Below the pieces are notes generated by a model. The model ran no database searches. It worked only from the letters and a program-made list of their open reading frames with translations, and was not told the DNA's origin. 64,000 nucleotides of DNA, from contig CM060732.1 in the NCBI GenBank assembly GCA_030704615.1, positions 10,540,001-10,604,000 on the forward strand, written 5' to 3'. Of the stretch, positions 61,702 through 64,000 are shown piece by piece; position 1 is the stretch's first letter; every line of letters begins with the position of its first letter. The position numbers were made by a program, and so were the translations under genes. Source of the DNA: Takakia lepidozioides (taxonomy: Eukaryota > Plantae > Bryophyta).

Positions 61702-62600
61702 CTGCAACCACAGCTTAAAAATCATTACCATGGTAGACAGGAGAGCTGCCATTTAGCAGAGGATTGTTCATTTCCTAAAAGACTACTGTCTTGTAGAAAA
61801 ACACATGACTTGACATATTGCACAACGCCAGGATCTTAGTCTAAATAACATCTGTCCATGACAGTTATCTGCCTCAGGTGGAAATTATGATGTAGTGAAT
61901 CCTGGTGGTGCCTGGAGATATTGCTCTTTTCCCTTTTATCTTGAGATGGTGTGCGGACCTGTCTTGTACACAGCTTGATAACGACTTCCTTTTTCGCGGG
62001 TACTTCTATAGGATTTCTACAGTTCCCTCAAAACCAGTTCTTGCTGCTTTCTGTGCCTTGGCCTCCTATTCTTTCTTTTTTCTCTTCAAAGAACAAAGAG
62101 TTGTTCATGTTTCAAACAAGGACTCCATCAGAGGAGTCCGAACTTCTAGTAAATTAACTCATCGGTCACTTGTCTGACATCTATACCGAATAAATCGATA
62201 GTAAATTTTGTGCTACAGAGAGAGTCGTATATTCTCCATTTCAGAAAATAATACAGGTTGGACGACCAATAACCTTTCTCTTCAATGCCTCGAACATGCT
62301 AGAATTGCAGCACGGGCGTCATGCAAACGCTCGTATCTCTCCCTGAGGATCCCAATTGGATAAGGTGGAGATGCATTGCATTGTTGATAACATCTTTCTG
62401 AAGACCACTTATAAGTTTAAAAAACAATGTCTCCAAATTCCTTTAGCGCAAGACAAATAAGAGTCCACCATCGTGTGCAGGAATTGCTCAGAGTTTGGCC
62501 ATAATCATGCTACCTCCCATTTGACGTCAAATTCAAATGCCTACGGTTAATATATGTGATGTTACCACAAACTTTGGAAAAGAGAGAACCGAACAAGCAC

Positions 62601-62719
62601 CTGGCCACTCTGCGACTCCAAGGGATGACACGGTGTTGCTCTGTAGCTGAGTCTTCGCCGTAGGTGTCAAGTACACCACCACCTGTGGTTGCGCTTGCCT
62701 CGTTGAACTGGGATTCCAT
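62601..62719 (-). pseudogene. NADP-ME: Isolated first coding exon of NADP-dependent malic enzyme
   Basis: GGGVLDTYGEDSATEQHRVIPWSRRVA matches the plant NADP-ME N-terminal motif; GT donor follows; the expected next exon (GYxLLRDP..NKGLAF) was not found. Confidence 0.75.
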
Positions 62720-64000
62720 GGTCAAAACTTTGTATCAAAGTTCAGTTCTGTCCAACGGCCAAAAAGCGCGATCTTGCCAGTCTCTATTGAGATTGACCTT
62801 GAAACCTTTGATGTCAGTGAACCACTCCTGACGTACGTTCACTTAAAACTCCCAAGCTCCTACTAACAACAGGAGCGAAGTATCTGAATGTGATCCGGAA
62901 CATAGAGCAGCTCTGGGAGCTTGCGTCGAAACTGTAAGCTGGTGAGGAGGGAGCGAATGTCCAGAATTCTCCCTCCATCTCCCTCTTAAAGACCACCCTA
63001 CGCAGTTACAGTGCATTGCGGACCCAAGCTGCGGCCTATCACAATTCTCAGAAAAGATAAGGCCCGTCATTAACATACACATGTGCTTCTGTTACCAGCT
63101 TGAATCCACAGGACATCTAAATATTCGAGTCACCCCAAGGCTGCATGCACAGCAATCTGAAGAGAGGGAGAGAGAGAGTGTGTGTGAGAGAGAATGCCAG
63201 AGCACAGTTCTCTTTTCTGCGTCGGGGGCCCACACTTCCAAACAAAATATTTGTCATGCCAGCAAGGACAGCATTGCGTGTACAATGGCATCTCAGAACT
63301 TGGAGTGTTTCCAGAGCGAGGTAGCGTGAGACAAAAGATGGAGCGCACGCCGTCCTCAGCCAAATCTCACCTCTTCTTCATCCTGCAGCATGCAACGTCC
63401 TCGCACCTGTTGGACCCCAAACTCGCACAATCCATCGCCGACATGTCTGTGCATCTTTTGGCCCCACACGCTTCTCGCCAAAAACGTTTTGTTCTCTCCA
63501 CGAGCGTGTAGAAAGTTCCACAAGTGCGACATCCACCACGTGTCTATGGCATTTCTCGCCATCTGTAAAGTACATGGGACACATGGGCCTCTGACACTTG
63601 CCTCTAAATCTGGCACTCCAAAAACATTTGTAGAATCTAAAACGATTCTACAGCATCCAATTCAGACGGAATCCAAAACTGAGATTCTCCAGGGTTAATT
63701 ACTAACTCCAAGAGCTTGGGTTGGTTTAGGGTTCTGGGTTCGGGGTTCGTCCATGCGCTCTGCTACGGAGGTGCAGAGAATGCGTCTGTCCTCAATGTGG
63801 TGTGCAGCGTTCGGTCTGGGCGCCTTGGGAATGTCTTTCTGATGTCTCCGACAGGTTCTTGCAGTTGTGAATTGATTGTGTACTCCGTGGGCGATTGGAT
63901 TGCACAGGTATGATCCAGCTGCCCTGTTTTGAGCAATTAGCCTCCCCTAGAAGATCTTTTGTTTTTCAGAAATTTGGAGATTCTGCACATGTGATGAGAG

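Noticed and set aside
63716-64000. Start of a plus-strand gene (telo-box-like TTTAGGGTT, CAG|GTATGA donor near 63908)
   Set aside because: No recognisable coding sequence before the window ends.

Overview
Eukaryotic land-plant nuclear DNA with GT-AG introns; gene and transposon content suggest a non-seed plant (inference). The window opens inside a multi-exon MAD1 gene (324-8838), followed by a ~55-kb nest of transposons. In order: a hAT element (-); a Ty3/Gypsy element (+) whose pol carries a DNMT3-like C5-cytosine methyltransferase between protease and RT, plus a PHD finger after integrase; a rearranged degenerate Gypsy; a young tandem chromovirus whose truncated first copy is fused in frame to an accessory-ORF protein; a 9 x 116-bp array of palindromic hairpin repeats; directly behind it a 9-exon gene encoding a ParB/Srx-like domain fused to a prokaryote-type beta-class N6A/N4C methyltransferase, ending near a transposon-like terminus; a full-length old non-chromoviral Gypsy with a nested insertion and extra 3' ORFs; and a minus-strand mosaic of intron-bearing gene fragments (NADP-ME, biotin carboxylase, ACX4). 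The best candidates for a new system are the two methyltransferase modules: DNMT+PHD Gypsy (13.6-21.9 kb) and ParB-MTase plus palindrome array (36.6-42.3 kb). All family assignments come from motif recognition by eye; no searches were run.
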